A stretch of DNA of 64,000 nt from a virus, in the IMG/VR virus record IMGVR_UViG_3300009506_000022, positions 1 to 64,000 of that record, one strand, 5' to 3'. This document shows, in pieces, positions 41,238-50,400 of this stretch (positions are counted from its first letter, which is position 1; the number at the start of each line of letters is the position of its first letter). A program made the position numbers and the translations under genes. Below the pieces are notes generated by a model that made no database searches, was not told the DNA's origin, and was given only the letters and a program-made list of their open reading frames with translations.

Positions 41238-42149
41238 ATGGGAACCGCACACGCCAATATTTGGCTAAGAAATGCTAATTGTGAGTTGTTGCCGAATGTC
41301 TGGAGAACAGATCTTGTAATACAGGGTTGTCCAGGTTCATATTTGGTCGATCTTTTTCCAGAGGTCATAGACCAGCTGAAAGAACGATATAGCACCTCAG
41401 CTTCGATGATATGCACTACTGATTTTCCTTTAGGGACCGATCAAGCTGGAAAGACTTTAGGCCTTACTTTTGGTTCTGGAAGCGTTCAGAACCTGGCTTT
41501 TAGCGCTCCAGCGATGAAGCTTGAGGAGATCGTTGGTCAGATGAAAGCTTTCTTCAAAGATTGCGAAATCGCTGTGATTGACGGAAGCATTGTTGTCAAA
41601 ACCACAGAACATGGTCCTGGTGTTTCGATTACGGTTAGTGGCGATAGCGATTTGACCTGGAGCACAGTGAAGGATGGAGAAGGATATAAGATCGTATCTC
41701 ATTTCTATCAGAATGCGAAACGGATCATGTTGATGCCACCTTCTGGAGAAAACATCAATCATATAGAAGTGGATATTCCGCCTGGTTGCTATCGTGTTTG
41801 GACTCGTGTTTGTCATGGCAACAATGAGGAAACTTCGATTCAGATGATAAATCCAAGATGTGGGGAGGAAGTATGTGTGAACCTATTGCTTCCAACGATT
41901 GAAACGTGTTCAGCTCACCTGGTTCATCCTCTTATGGATCACATTGTGGTCAACCAGAAGTTTGATAACGATGCGAATCGTGTCATGATTTTTCGCGGCT
42001 TGATCTATGGTGCTCAGTTGGCGAAACAGGTTGTTCTGGATCAACTTGCTTATCGATTAGAGGAAGCTGAGGATAAAAACGACACCGATCTGCAAGCTCG
42101 AGTTAATGCTGTTATTGCGTTGGCTAACCAGCTTCCAGATTGTTATTGA
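41238..42149 (+). CDS. moron-like hypothetical protein with its own promoter and terminator
   Basis: SD AGGAGG, AT-rich upstream region, downstream intrinsic terminator. Confidence 0.75.
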   Translation: MGTAHANIWLRNANCELLPNVWRTDLVIQGCPGSYLVDLFPEVIDQLKERYSTSASMICTTDFPLGTDQAGKTLGLTFGSGSVQNLAFSAPAMKLEEIVGQMKAFFKDCEIAVIDGSIVVKTTEHGPGVSITVSGDSDLTWSTVKDGEGYKIVSHFYQNAKRIMLMPPSGENINHIEVDIPPGCYRVWTRVCHGNNEETSIQMINPRCGEEVCVNLLLPTIETCSAHLVHPLMDHIVVNQKFDNDANRVMIFRGLIYGAQLAKQVVLDQLAYRLEEAEDKNDTDLQARVNAVIALANQLPDCY

Positions 42150-42170
42150 TATCTGAAACAATAGCTTGAG

Positions 42171-42200
42171 ATAGGGCGGGTTTTCCCGCCCTATTTTTTT
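42171..42200 (+). terminator. intrinsic terminator
   Basis: ATAGGGCGGG-TTTT-CCCGCCCTAT followed by a T-run. Confidence 0.9.
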
Positions 42201-42253
42201 GGCGACTTATCTTACATCAGAATATAAAAATAGTGATAAAACAAAATAAAGTG

Positions 42254-42282
42254 TTGCATCAACAAAAGAGATGGTTCATATT
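42254..42282 (+). promoter_or_regulatory. sigma70-like promoter, leaderless geometry
   Basis: TTGCAT-N17-CATATT-N6-ATG(42289) with A-rich UP region. Confidence 0.55.
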
Positions 42283-42533
42283 TAAAACATGACAACAACA
42301 AGAGGAAAAGAAAGCATGATGAAAAGAATAGGAACTGTGGTTGTTGGAAGAGATCTTGTTGGCGGCAAATGGGAGAGAACAGAACTTGGTCGTTACAAAA
42401 CAGAAAAGGCCGCGAGATTCGCTTATTATCGCAGACATCAATATGCGAACTTTTCAAATATCGATGTTGAACCCATTTATACATTTGCTGGAAGTGATTG
42501 TTCTTCCGATCCTTTTGCTATTTTTAACTGATT

Positions 42534-43088
42534 GTGGGGGTAGATATGCATCCGAAAAAGATTGATAGATTCATTAAGCTTGTTGCGAGAGAGTTGAATA
42601 AAGCTGGTGTTTATTCTCCGAAAGCTGAGAATAAAGCGCGCGATATCGTATATGCTAGTGTCAATGGAATGAAGCTTACTCGTTATGTTGTTGCGGATTT
42701 TTTGAAACCTGTCGGCAAAAATAAACTTGGCGAAATCGAAAATAGTTTTCTTCGCGCTAAAGTTGCGATCGATGTTTCGAGGATTTGGATTTACATGACT
42801 TCAGATACTGCAAACAATGCGTGTTTGAGATTGCATCTCGATACGATGATGACAAAAAAAGCTGCTGCAAAATGGTTGTTAAAGAAAGGGTTTATTTCTG
42901 AGTTGATTTATGACTCTTTCATTCTTGATCATTATCATGGTGGTGTTGATGGCAATCCGGTTGTTAAAGACGACCAAACTAGTCTGGAAATCGATTTTGG
43001 CAAACAGCTCAAGAAAGATCCGAGACGAGGGTTGAATCATTCTGTTCGCAAGCTTAATCTAAAAAGGAGGGAGCTAAGCGGAGCATAA
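42534..43088 (+). CDS. hypothetical early protein
   Basis: ORF downstream of predicted promoter. Confidence 0.6.
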   Translation: MGVDMHPKKIDRFIKLVARELNKAGVYSPKAENKARDIVYASVNGMKLTRYVVADFLKPVGKNKLGEIENSFLRAKVAIDVSRIWIYMTSDTANNACLRLHLDTMMTKKAAAKWLLKKGFISELIYDSFILDHYHGGVDGNPVVKDDQTSLEIDFGKQLKKDPRRGLNHSVRKLNLKRRELSGA

Positions 43089-43838
43089 AAACAAGATTGG
43101 GGGAAAAATGACGCAATATCAGTTGAGACAGATCGCCAAAAAAATAAGGAATGGAAACGCAAGAGTTGAGGGGAAAACATGTGATGGTTCTTGGTGGACA
43201 GAGGGAGAGCATTTTTGGATTATCACAGATTTCGAGACACAATCAACGCTTCATGTTCCTGTTAGTATGAGACCAACATGGGGAAGGTATGTTTGTTCCG
43301 ACAATTAACTATACGAATAAAGGGGTAGAAATGTCTGTTCGAGAAAAAATAAAGCTTATAAAGAGTGTGATTGCATACAAAGAGAAGGCCTTGGATGTAA
43401 TTCGAGGTTCCAATCGAGATGGGGACTACACCGTTTTGATGTACGAGATCGGTGGTATGCAGAATGCTTTAGATGCATATGAGAGACATCAAGATGTTGA
43501 TTCACGCATCAAGCAATATCTTGGTAGTCGACCGAAGATCCATACACGCGCTTTTGTCATGGGAATGTATTTTGTAGCCAAAGTGATCCAATAAGAGAAA
43601 AAGTGTTCTTTTGTGCGCAAGTCGATTTTGCGTAAAGGCACCAAATCTTCGATTTGAGGCTGTCAAAATATCATTGAAACACCGTTCGATAAAAATGATG
43701 GAAGAGAATCTGGTCGTTGGCTTGTTTGTCCTCAGCTTTGTAAAGCGGCGCGCTTCGATTCACTGCGGAGAGATACTGTAGAAAAAAAGTACTGTATTCG
43801 CATATCTCACTTATTTTTTGTGAAACATCATTATTTTG

Positions 43839-43867
43839 TTGAAACACTAATAGTGATGATCCATAAT
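43839..43867 (+). promoter_or_regulatory. sigma70-like promoter, leaderless geometry
   Basis: TTGAAA-N17-CATAAT-N6-ATG(43874). Confidence 0.6.
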
Positions 43868-43873
43868 TTAAAT

Positions 43874-44050
43874 ATGGACAAGGCAACAATAAAAGCGAAA
43901 CCACCACAACCAGCGATTGCAAGGAAGCTCGAGAATCCTCTTCAGAAAATGGGTAGAGAACTCGACACATATCTGAAGGCCGTTCGTGTTTCGGAAAACC
44001 TAACTTTATTGATCAAAGAATCTAATAAAATAAACAAGTTAGCAGCATAA
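43874..44050 (+). CDS. small protein ending in -LAA
   Basis: ATG at predicted +1; C-terminus NKLAA. Confidence 0.5.
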   Translation: MDKATIKAKPPQPAIARKLENPLQKMGRELDTYLKAVRVSENLTLLIKESNKINKLAA

Positions 44051-44063
44051 CAAAGGGGTAAAA

Positions 44064-44663
44064 ATGAAAACTTTAATCCAAAATAAAATTTTTGAATTGC
44101 AAACGTTGTTAGAGGCTACTCACGAAATCGATTGTGAGAGTTGTCGCTGTTCCGAGTCGTCCTGTACACAATGCGACGATATCGTCAAGACTCTCATGGA
44201 TGAGATAGAGAACCTAAAGAAAAACTTAGCCGAGAGTAATGAACCGCGTGAGTGGTCAATGCGCGATGATGGTGGTTGGCATGGCACGATTGTGGCCGAG
44301 TCTGCAGAGGAGGCGCTGGATGAGGTGGAGTCAGATATGGATATTGATTCTTGGGTGGATGCGGCTGGTAATGTCGAGACAGTGTATGTGACATTGTGGG
44401 CAGAATGCGAGTTGACTGGCGAAGAAGAAAGCCGTGATGTGGTGTTAGAGCCAGCAGAACCAAGATGTACACATGATGGACATCACTGGGTAGATATTTC
44501 AAATGGATATGATTTTGTCGATTCATCCGATTATGCCTGTATCCATTGTGGGTGTGCGCGGACAGAAAAACGACATGCAGATTGTAGTGGTATCCTACGA
44601 GACTATATTTCGTATGAGCCGAAAAAATACGCTGATTCTCTTGATATTGATGAGTGCGACTGA
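44064..44663 (+). CDS. acidic Cys/His-rich hypothetical protein
   Basis: CESC.C...C..C, C.HDGHHW, CIHCG. Confidence 0.7.
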   Translation: MKTLIQNKIFELQTLLEATHEIDCESCRCSESSCTQCDDIVKTLMDEIENLKKNLAESNEPREWSMRDDGGWHGTIVAESAEEALDEVESDMDIDSWVDAAGNVETVYVTLWAECELTGEEESRDVVLEPAEPRCTHDGHHWVDISNGYDFVDSSDYACIHCGCARTEKRHADCSGILRDYISYEPKKYADSLDIDECD

Positions 44664-45492
44664 ACCTTAGCTGGGCGTTTCCCTCCTATGGTAGGGGATA
44701 GCCCAGCTATGGATTACCGCGATCTCATAATAGAAAGGATTAAAAAATGATTATCTACAAAGGTAAGAGAATGACGAAAGATTCGCAGCATGATGGTGTC
44801 CATGGAAAGGATATCTTGGATGCTATTGAGAAGAATAATGTTGAGTTGCGAGATGGACATTTTGAAGCTGTTGTTCCTCGATTTTGTCAGGATTCAAACT
44901 GTGCGTGGATCCCAACAACGATTCAATTCACTTTTGTTGCAGACTAGGAAGGTATGGTGGTATGGAAAAGGTTAGTGTCAATAGGGTAGAGAAGATTGAA
45001 ACGAAGTTTCAGCTTCGCTTGAATCAAGAAGAACTTTTGTTTTTTCTAAAAGGGGTTGTTCCAAAGGACGCTACGGAAATAAAGGTTTTCGTAAAAGTTC
45101 CTGGTGACGCAGATTGCTCAAACGTTGAACTCGAGATTGGTGAAGATGTATCTTTGATTGTTGAGTGGAAAGTCAAGTCGATATCGCACAAAAGGGTAGA
45201 ACTTCGCATTCCAAAAACAAAAGGGAAGAGATAACCATGTTGTTATCAGGAGAATCGATCAAGTGGATGGCTTTTCAGCTCAAAACCAAAGAAGCCTTTG
45301 CTGAAGCTATGATGAACTGTGTTGTTTGTTCATACAACGATCTTTTGGATCATAGCCATACATGGCGAGTTGAACTTCTTGTTTCTCGTCTTGGCAGAGT
45401 GATTCTAGCGATTTCTATTGTTCCAATGGGAGATGATTTTGAAACGATTTCAAAAGACATGGGAGGGGTTTATGTTCGGAAATATTGGCGTA

Positions 45493-46008
45493 ATGAAAAG
45501 AACATTATTACTGATTCTCATAACTAGTTTGTGTTGTTGTGGCAGCTACGTTGGTTGGGGAAGCGATTCGGATAATAATCAAAATAGAAAAGATCGAACT
45601 GTTTATAACGAGTTGTCGGTTGAAGATATCATCGATGTTGTTGATGGTGTGATGTATGACATCGATGATTCATGGCCTGGAAAATGGAGCAATGATTGTT
45701 ATGAGCGAATGGGTTGGTTTGAGGTCTTCTTTGTTGATGACACAACGCCATTTTGTTCAGATGACACGCCAGATTGTTTTGGCGTAATAGATACACAAAA
45801 GTGGACAATTTATGTTCTTGCTGGCGATCGCGATTTGCTCTCTCAATATGAAACTCTTGCCCATGAATACACCCATCATATTGGCAACTGTTTGTATTTG
45901 GATGTCGATAGCGATCACGATAGAGAAGATTACTGGAAAACTCTTGATCCAGAAAACAGCATTGAGGCGAGAATAAACGAAGTTATTTGGCAACTTACAC
46001 GAAAGTAG
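45493..46008 (+). CDS. lipoprotein zinc metallopeptidase-like protein
   Basis: MKRTLLLILITSLCCC lipoprotein-type signal; TLAHEYTHH (HExxH) with downstream H. Confidence 0.7.
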   Translation: MKRTLLLILITSLCCCGSYVGWGSDSDNNQNRKDRTVYNELSVEDIIDVVDGVMYDIDDSWPGKWSNDCYERMGWFEVFFVDDTTPFCSDDTPDCFGVIDTQKWTIYVLAGDRDLLSQYETLAHEYTHHIGNCLYLDVDSDHDREDYWKTLDPENSIEARINEVIWQLTRK

Positions 46009-46013
46009 ATGAT

Positions 46014-46727
46014 ATGAAAGTTATAGGATACATAAGAGTTAGCACTGAAGAACAAGCAACTGGCGGAATAAGCTTAGAAGCTCAAGCTGAAAAGATTCGA
46101 ACATATTGTAAACTATATGATCTTGAGCTTATTGCTATAATCGAAGATGCTGGTGAATCAGCAAAAACATTGAAGCGTCCTGGGATGCAATGGGTACTTG
46201 ATATTCTAAAAGTCGGGCATTGTTCAAAAGGCATTGTTGAAGGCGTAATTGTTTCTAAACTTGATCGGTTGACTCGCAGCATGAGAGACTTGTCTTATCT
46301 GATTGAGACGTATTTTTCCTCCAGGTTTGATTTGTTTTCTGTATCTGAAAACTTGAATCCAAAAACAGCTGCTGGTCGACTTGTTCTAAACATATTGGCT
46401 TCGGTTGCTCAGTGGGAACGAGAAGTGATTGCAGAAAGAACATCAACTGCCCTTCAGCATCTAAAAGCAAAAGGTCGATATATTGGTGGTCGCGCACCAT
46501 ATGGTTTCAAACAAGACGGAGAAAACGTTGTTGTGGATTCTCGCGAACAGGACATGATTGTGGTGGCTCATAGTCTAAAAAGTGACGGGTTATCTCTAAG
46601 AAAAATAGGAAAGGTTCTTTCCGAGATGGATTACCATCCAAGAAGCGGTGGAAAATGGTCTGCGCAGCAAGTAAAAAGCTTGCTTGCTCAAAAAAATAGA
46701 AAGGATAAACATGAAAAAAGGAGATAA
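46014..46727 (+). CDS. serine recombinase (resolvase/invertase family) with C-terminal recombinase-type HTH
   Basis: GYIRVST.EQ, SL.AQ, D.GES...L.RPG, KLDRLTR, LASVAQWERE.I.ERT, GG.APYGF. Confidence 0.93.
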   Translation: MKVIGYIRVSTEEQATGGISLEAQAEKIRTYCKLYDLELIAIIEDAGESAKTLKRPGMQWVLDILKVGHCSKGIVEGVIVSKLDRLTRSMRDLSYLIETYFSSRFDLFSVSENLNPKTAAGRLVLNILASVAQWEREVIAERTSTALQHLKAKGRYIGGRAPYGFKQDGENVVVDSREQDMIVVAHSLKSDGLSLRKIGKVLSEMDYHPRSGGKWSAQQVKSLLAQKNRKDKHEKRR

Positions 46728-47190
46728 AAACAAACCTCGTTCTGGTTACACTTGCAAATTTTGTGGAGAACCAACCGACAAAAAAGGAAGCTTTTGTAAA
46801 CCAGAATGCGAGATTGCTTTCTTGAAAGCCGAACTCGCTAAGAAAAATAGAAGCGATAGCGATCCTTATTGTTTTGGGCGCGTTGAATGGGGAACATGTA
46901 TCCAAGAACTCTATTCGACATCTTCTTACGATGCAAAAAAGAGAGCTTCTGATCTTCGTAAGCAAGGGTTTGTTTGTGAGGCAACAAGGATCACAGGTGT
47001 TCCTATTTTTTCTGTGGAGCACAACAGAGTTGTCAACGAAAACATGACCTTATTGACATGCGTCAATAAAGGGAAGAAGTATGATGAGGTAGCACCGAAG
47101 CCAACGTTTTGGGAAGATGGTCTTGGTTTGGTTGCGAACAAAGGGGTTTTGAGACCAAAAGGGGTTTTGAGACCAGAAGGAGAATAGGGA

Positions 47191-47763
47191 GTGTCAAACA
47201 TCAAGATCGCCACTTTCCTTATTGATTCTCCTTGGCCAGAAGAAGGTGGCGGAAAGATAAAAAGGGGTGCGCCTTATAAAACGATGAAGCCAAGGGATAT
47301 TTTTCGTACCATCTGGACATGTCCGATTTTCAACCCAACTGATGACTCTCATCTCTATATGTGTGCTTCGAATAACTATGTTCCGCATGCAATAAGGATG
47401 ATTTCTCAGCTTGGATTTGAGTACAAAACAATGTTGACATGGGCGAAAGATCACATGTCTTTAGGGCAATATTTTAGGGGTAGAACTGAACAGATCATTT
47501 TTGCTACCAGAGGAAAAGGGTTTGCTCTTAGAACGGAAAGACGAGATTTGGATACTTTCATCTTTGCTCCAGTTGAACGATACGAAAGTGGTCCAAACAA
47601 AGGCAAAAAGATTCATTCTAGGAAACCAGAAGCGCTATATGAGAGAATCGAACAACGTTCTTTTGGGCCATATGGCGAGATATTTGCCACACAACATAGA
47701 GAGAAAAAGATAATAGGAAATCGAGAAATTGTATGGACATGTTGGGGTGATCAGTTAGAATGA
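47191..47763 (+). CDS. MT-A70 family adenine methyltransferase
   Basis: DSPW (DPPW variant), Y.TM, HLYM, GF.YKT.LTWAK, LG.YFRG.TE, HSRKPE, E.FA. Confidence 0.88.
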   Translation: MSNIKIATFLIDSPWPEEGGGKIKRGAPYKTMKPRDIFRTIWTCPIFNPTDDSHLYMCASNNYVPHAIRMISQLGFEYKTMLTWAKDHMSLGQYFRGRTEQIIFATRGKGFALRTERRDLDTFIFAPVERYESGPNKGKKIHSRKPEALYERIEQRSFGPYGEIFATQHREKKIIGNREIVWTCWGDQLE

Positions 47764-47787
47764 ACCTTCATCTACTTGACACCCTTG

Positions 47788-47824
47788 CCGCCACAGTTGA
47801 CTACCCCCATCTGTGGCGGTTTTT
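47788..47824 (+). terminator. intrinsic terminator
   Basis: CCGCCACAG...CTGTGGCGG followed by TTTTT. Confidence 0.75.
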
Positions 47825-47888
47825 ATTTGAACTCAAAGGTTTGTTGTAATATCCTTATCTGAACAACACCAGACAAGGAGAAAAGTAG

Positions 47889-48797
47889 ATGTTTTCATCA
47901 CCGATGATTAAATCAGGAAATGGAATCAAAAAGGTTCGAACTGGTTGGAAGCCAGATATTTTTGATCCACGAGATTTTGGCGAGCGTTCGCCACTCATTA
48001 TTGAGACAACAAAAGGACTCAACGTTTTGAGTCTGAGAGCCGAACAGCTTCCGAGAGAAGTTGTTTATTTTGACTATTGTGGTGAGATGGACGATCAAGG
48101 TGCGCTTGGTTCATGTGTGGCCTTTGGAACGTTGAACCATGTTGAATGCATGCAAGCACTTGCAACGGGAAAACATATTCGCGGTTCGCGGCGTGCTTTA
48201 TACAAGATCATGCGAAACCTCATGAAGGTGACGGGTGACACAGGAGCGTGGAACAGATTAGCATTTCAGGCATTGAGACTTTTTGGCCTTCCTCTTGAAG
48301 AATATTGGGAATACGATATCGAGAACTTTGATGATGAAGTTTCCGCTTTTGCTTTGGGGACTGGATTCAAGGCGATAAGCGACTTGAATTATTTCCGGCA
48401 TGACACTATCGATTTACCGCAAGAATGCATTCCAAGTTCGATCAAGAAATGGATGGCTGCTGGAGTGACCTGTGTAGGTGCGTTTTATGGTTGTTCGAAT
48501 TTCAATCGAGGTGGTAGACCTGGAGACATCCCGATGCCTCGCAACAGTGAGCGTCCATCGTGGGGACATTCAGTACATTTCTGTGGTTACAATGACGACT
48601 ACGAAATAGTAGATGTTGATACTGGAGAAAAGACGATAGGCGCCTTTTATCTCGAGAATTCATGGGGGAACGACAACGGAGATGGCGGGTTTTATGCCAT
48701 TCCGTATCAGTACATTATGGCGGGATATGCCCAAGATTTTTGGTCTTTAGTAGATCATAAATGGGTTGATCTCGACGATTTTGGCGCGATTGTTTAG
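47889..48797 (+). CDS. papain-like C1A cysteine protease
   Basis: GWKPD..DPRD, DQGALGSCVAF (Cys), GHSVHFCGY (His), ENSWG..GDGG (Asn). Confidence 0.92.
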   Translation: MFSSPMIKSGNGIKKVRTGWKPDIFDPRDFGERSPLIIETTKGLNVLSLRAEQLPREVVYFDYCGEMDDQGALGSCVAFGTLNHVECMQALATGKHIRGSRRALYKIMRNLMKVTGDTGAWNRLAFQALRLFGLPLEEYWEYDIENFDDEVSAFALGTGFKAISDLNYFRHDTIDLPQECIPSSIKKWMAAGVTCVGAFYGCSNFNRGGRPGDIPMPRNSERPSWGHSVHFCGYNDDYEIVDVDTGEKTIGAFYLENSWGNDNGDGGFYAIPYQYIMAGYAQDFWSLVDHKWVDLDDFGAIV

Positions 48798-48875
48798 TAG
48801 ATATCTTCAAGTTGAATCAACTTGAACCTTTCAAATCTCTCGACATAACTTGAGGTCAAAGATAGACTTCAAGTT

Positions 48876-49484
48876 ATGTCGTTGCAATTAAAGGGTGATG
48901 ATCTTAGAACAGCTCTTGGGAAACTAAGGACATGTTTAGTAGAGAATAAAAAAGATAGCGAGATTTGCGAAGAAATCGGTTTGAGGTGGGAGGAACTACT
49001 TGAACTGAAGCGCAAGTTTTATGATGCTGAAGCCGAGATTCTTAGGGGGAGATCCACTGAACACACCTATGTTCGTTATGTATTAGAGCAACGTCGTTGC
49101 ATGACAGATCTTGATGTTGCGATCACGAAAGACAATAAAGGGAATTCGAGTTATGTAAGCGCTGTTCGCGCGAAATCCGAGATTCTTGACAAGATTTTGA
49201 AGACTGGTGTCGAACTCGGTTTGATCCAAAGGCTTGCTGATGGTGGCGGTTACGCTGCTGGCGAAGCGATCAAATCGATGAACAACAAGGATTTTCGCGT
49301 TTATATCCTTCAAGAGATTCAGGTCCTCAATCAGATGATGGTAAAGTTCGGCGATACTACCATTATGGATGTAGAGGTTGGTCCTCTATATGAAACAAAA
49401 AAACAGCCAAAGATGCCAGTAAAAGGACATTCGAGAACGAAAACTTTTGGTGGCAGAAGGGTTTTGAAAGGGAAAAGTTCATGA
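48876..49484 (+). CDS. putative terminase small subunit
   Basis: N-terminal HTH-like region and helical body; first gene of the packaging module. Confidence 0.5.
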   Translation: MSLQLKGDDLRTALGKLRTCLVENKKDSEICEEIGLRWEELLELKRKFYDAEAEILRGRSTEHTYVRYVLEQRRCMTDLDVAITKDNKGNSSYVSAVRAKSEILDKILKTGVELGLIQRLADGGGYAAGEAIKSMNNKDFRVYILQEIQVLNQMMVKFGDTTIMDVEVGPLYETKKQPKMPVKGHSRTKTFGGRRVLKGKSS

Positions 49485-49603
49485 GAATCGATGGTGATTC
49501 TCTATTTATAAACTGTACTCCAGTTTATCGTGAGGTAAACAGGCTGCTGGGTTCTGACGGTTCAGTATGCTGTCAAGAGTACACTTTCTAACAGGAGGAA
49601 AGA

Positions 49604-49897
49604 ATGTCAGATCGAGTTGTGTACGCAGGTTCATTTAAAGGTACGGGTTCATCCCTCAATATTACCACATTAGGATTTCGTCCTCGTGTGTTGAAGTTGA
49701 TGAATATTGATGGTCTTTGTGAACTCAAATGGCAAAAAGGAATGGCAGATGCAAGCGGAGTAAAGACCGTAACAGCTGGAACGATTTCTCATATCACTTC
49801 TGGTGGCATCACACCTCTAAACAACGGATTCACTTTGGGTGCGGATACGGATCTGAATGTGTCTGGTGAAGAGGTGCATTTCGAAGCTCACGACTGA
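49604..49897 (+). CDS. putative virion structural protein
   Basis: Strong SD AGGAGG; G/T-rich beta protein (GSFKGTG..LGFRP..GFTLG). Confidence 0.55.
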   Translation: MSDRVVYAGSFKGTGSSLNITTLGFRPRVLKLMNIDGLCELKWQKGMADASGVKTVTAGTISHITSGGITPLNNGFTLGADTDLNVSGEEVHFEAHD

Positions 49898-49974
49898 TAG
49901 GCGTAGGATCATAACAACAAATAGGCTTCCCCTCGGTTTATCCGAGGGGAACTTGTTATGGGGAAGGTGATAAC

Positions 49975-50400
49975 ATGGCAGATTTTAGTCCATATGTACC
50001 GTTGAGTGAGGACAACTTGCTCGAGGATAAATCAATCAATTCAGCTCCTCAGCGTGCACCGATTTTCACTGAGCACCGTTCAGTTTCTGGCGCGATTGAT
50101 AGTGGCGACATAACAACTCGTGGTTGGGGAATGGTGATGTCTGAGTTCAAAACAGCTGTGATAAGAGTTGTTCCTGGAACGACTGCGAATATCACAGTTG
50201 AAGCTCGATTTTGGAGTGAGGATGCTGGCAAGTTTATTTCTGCAAATCCAGCGCTTCAACAAGCTGGTGCTGGTGCTGGAATTCCTTTTGATTACACTGT
50301 TGAGGTAAACGGAAAGATTCTTTTTGTTTATGTAACTGGAACAATCGGAAATGGCGCAAAGATTCAGATAGCTGGTGTTGATTTTATTTCAGAACCGTGA
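49975..50400 (+). CDS. putative virion beta-sandwich protein
   Basis: Composition and location between TerS and TerL. Confidence 0.5.
   Translation: MADFSPYVPLSEDNLLEDKSINSAPQRAPIFTEHRSVSGAIDSGDITTRGWGMVMSEFKTAVIRVVPGTTANITVEARFWSEDAGKFISANPALQQAGAGAGIPFDYTVEVNGKILFVYVTGTIGNGAKIQIAGVDFISEP

Noticed and set aside
46014-46727. IS607 transposase or prophage integrase
   Set aside because: No N-terminal MerR-like HTH, no tnpB neighbour, too short for a large serine integrase, no att or host junction visible
47138-47178. 18-nt tandem duplication AAAGGGGTTTTGAGACCA
   Set aside because: Only two in-frame copies at a gene end; simple slippage duplication
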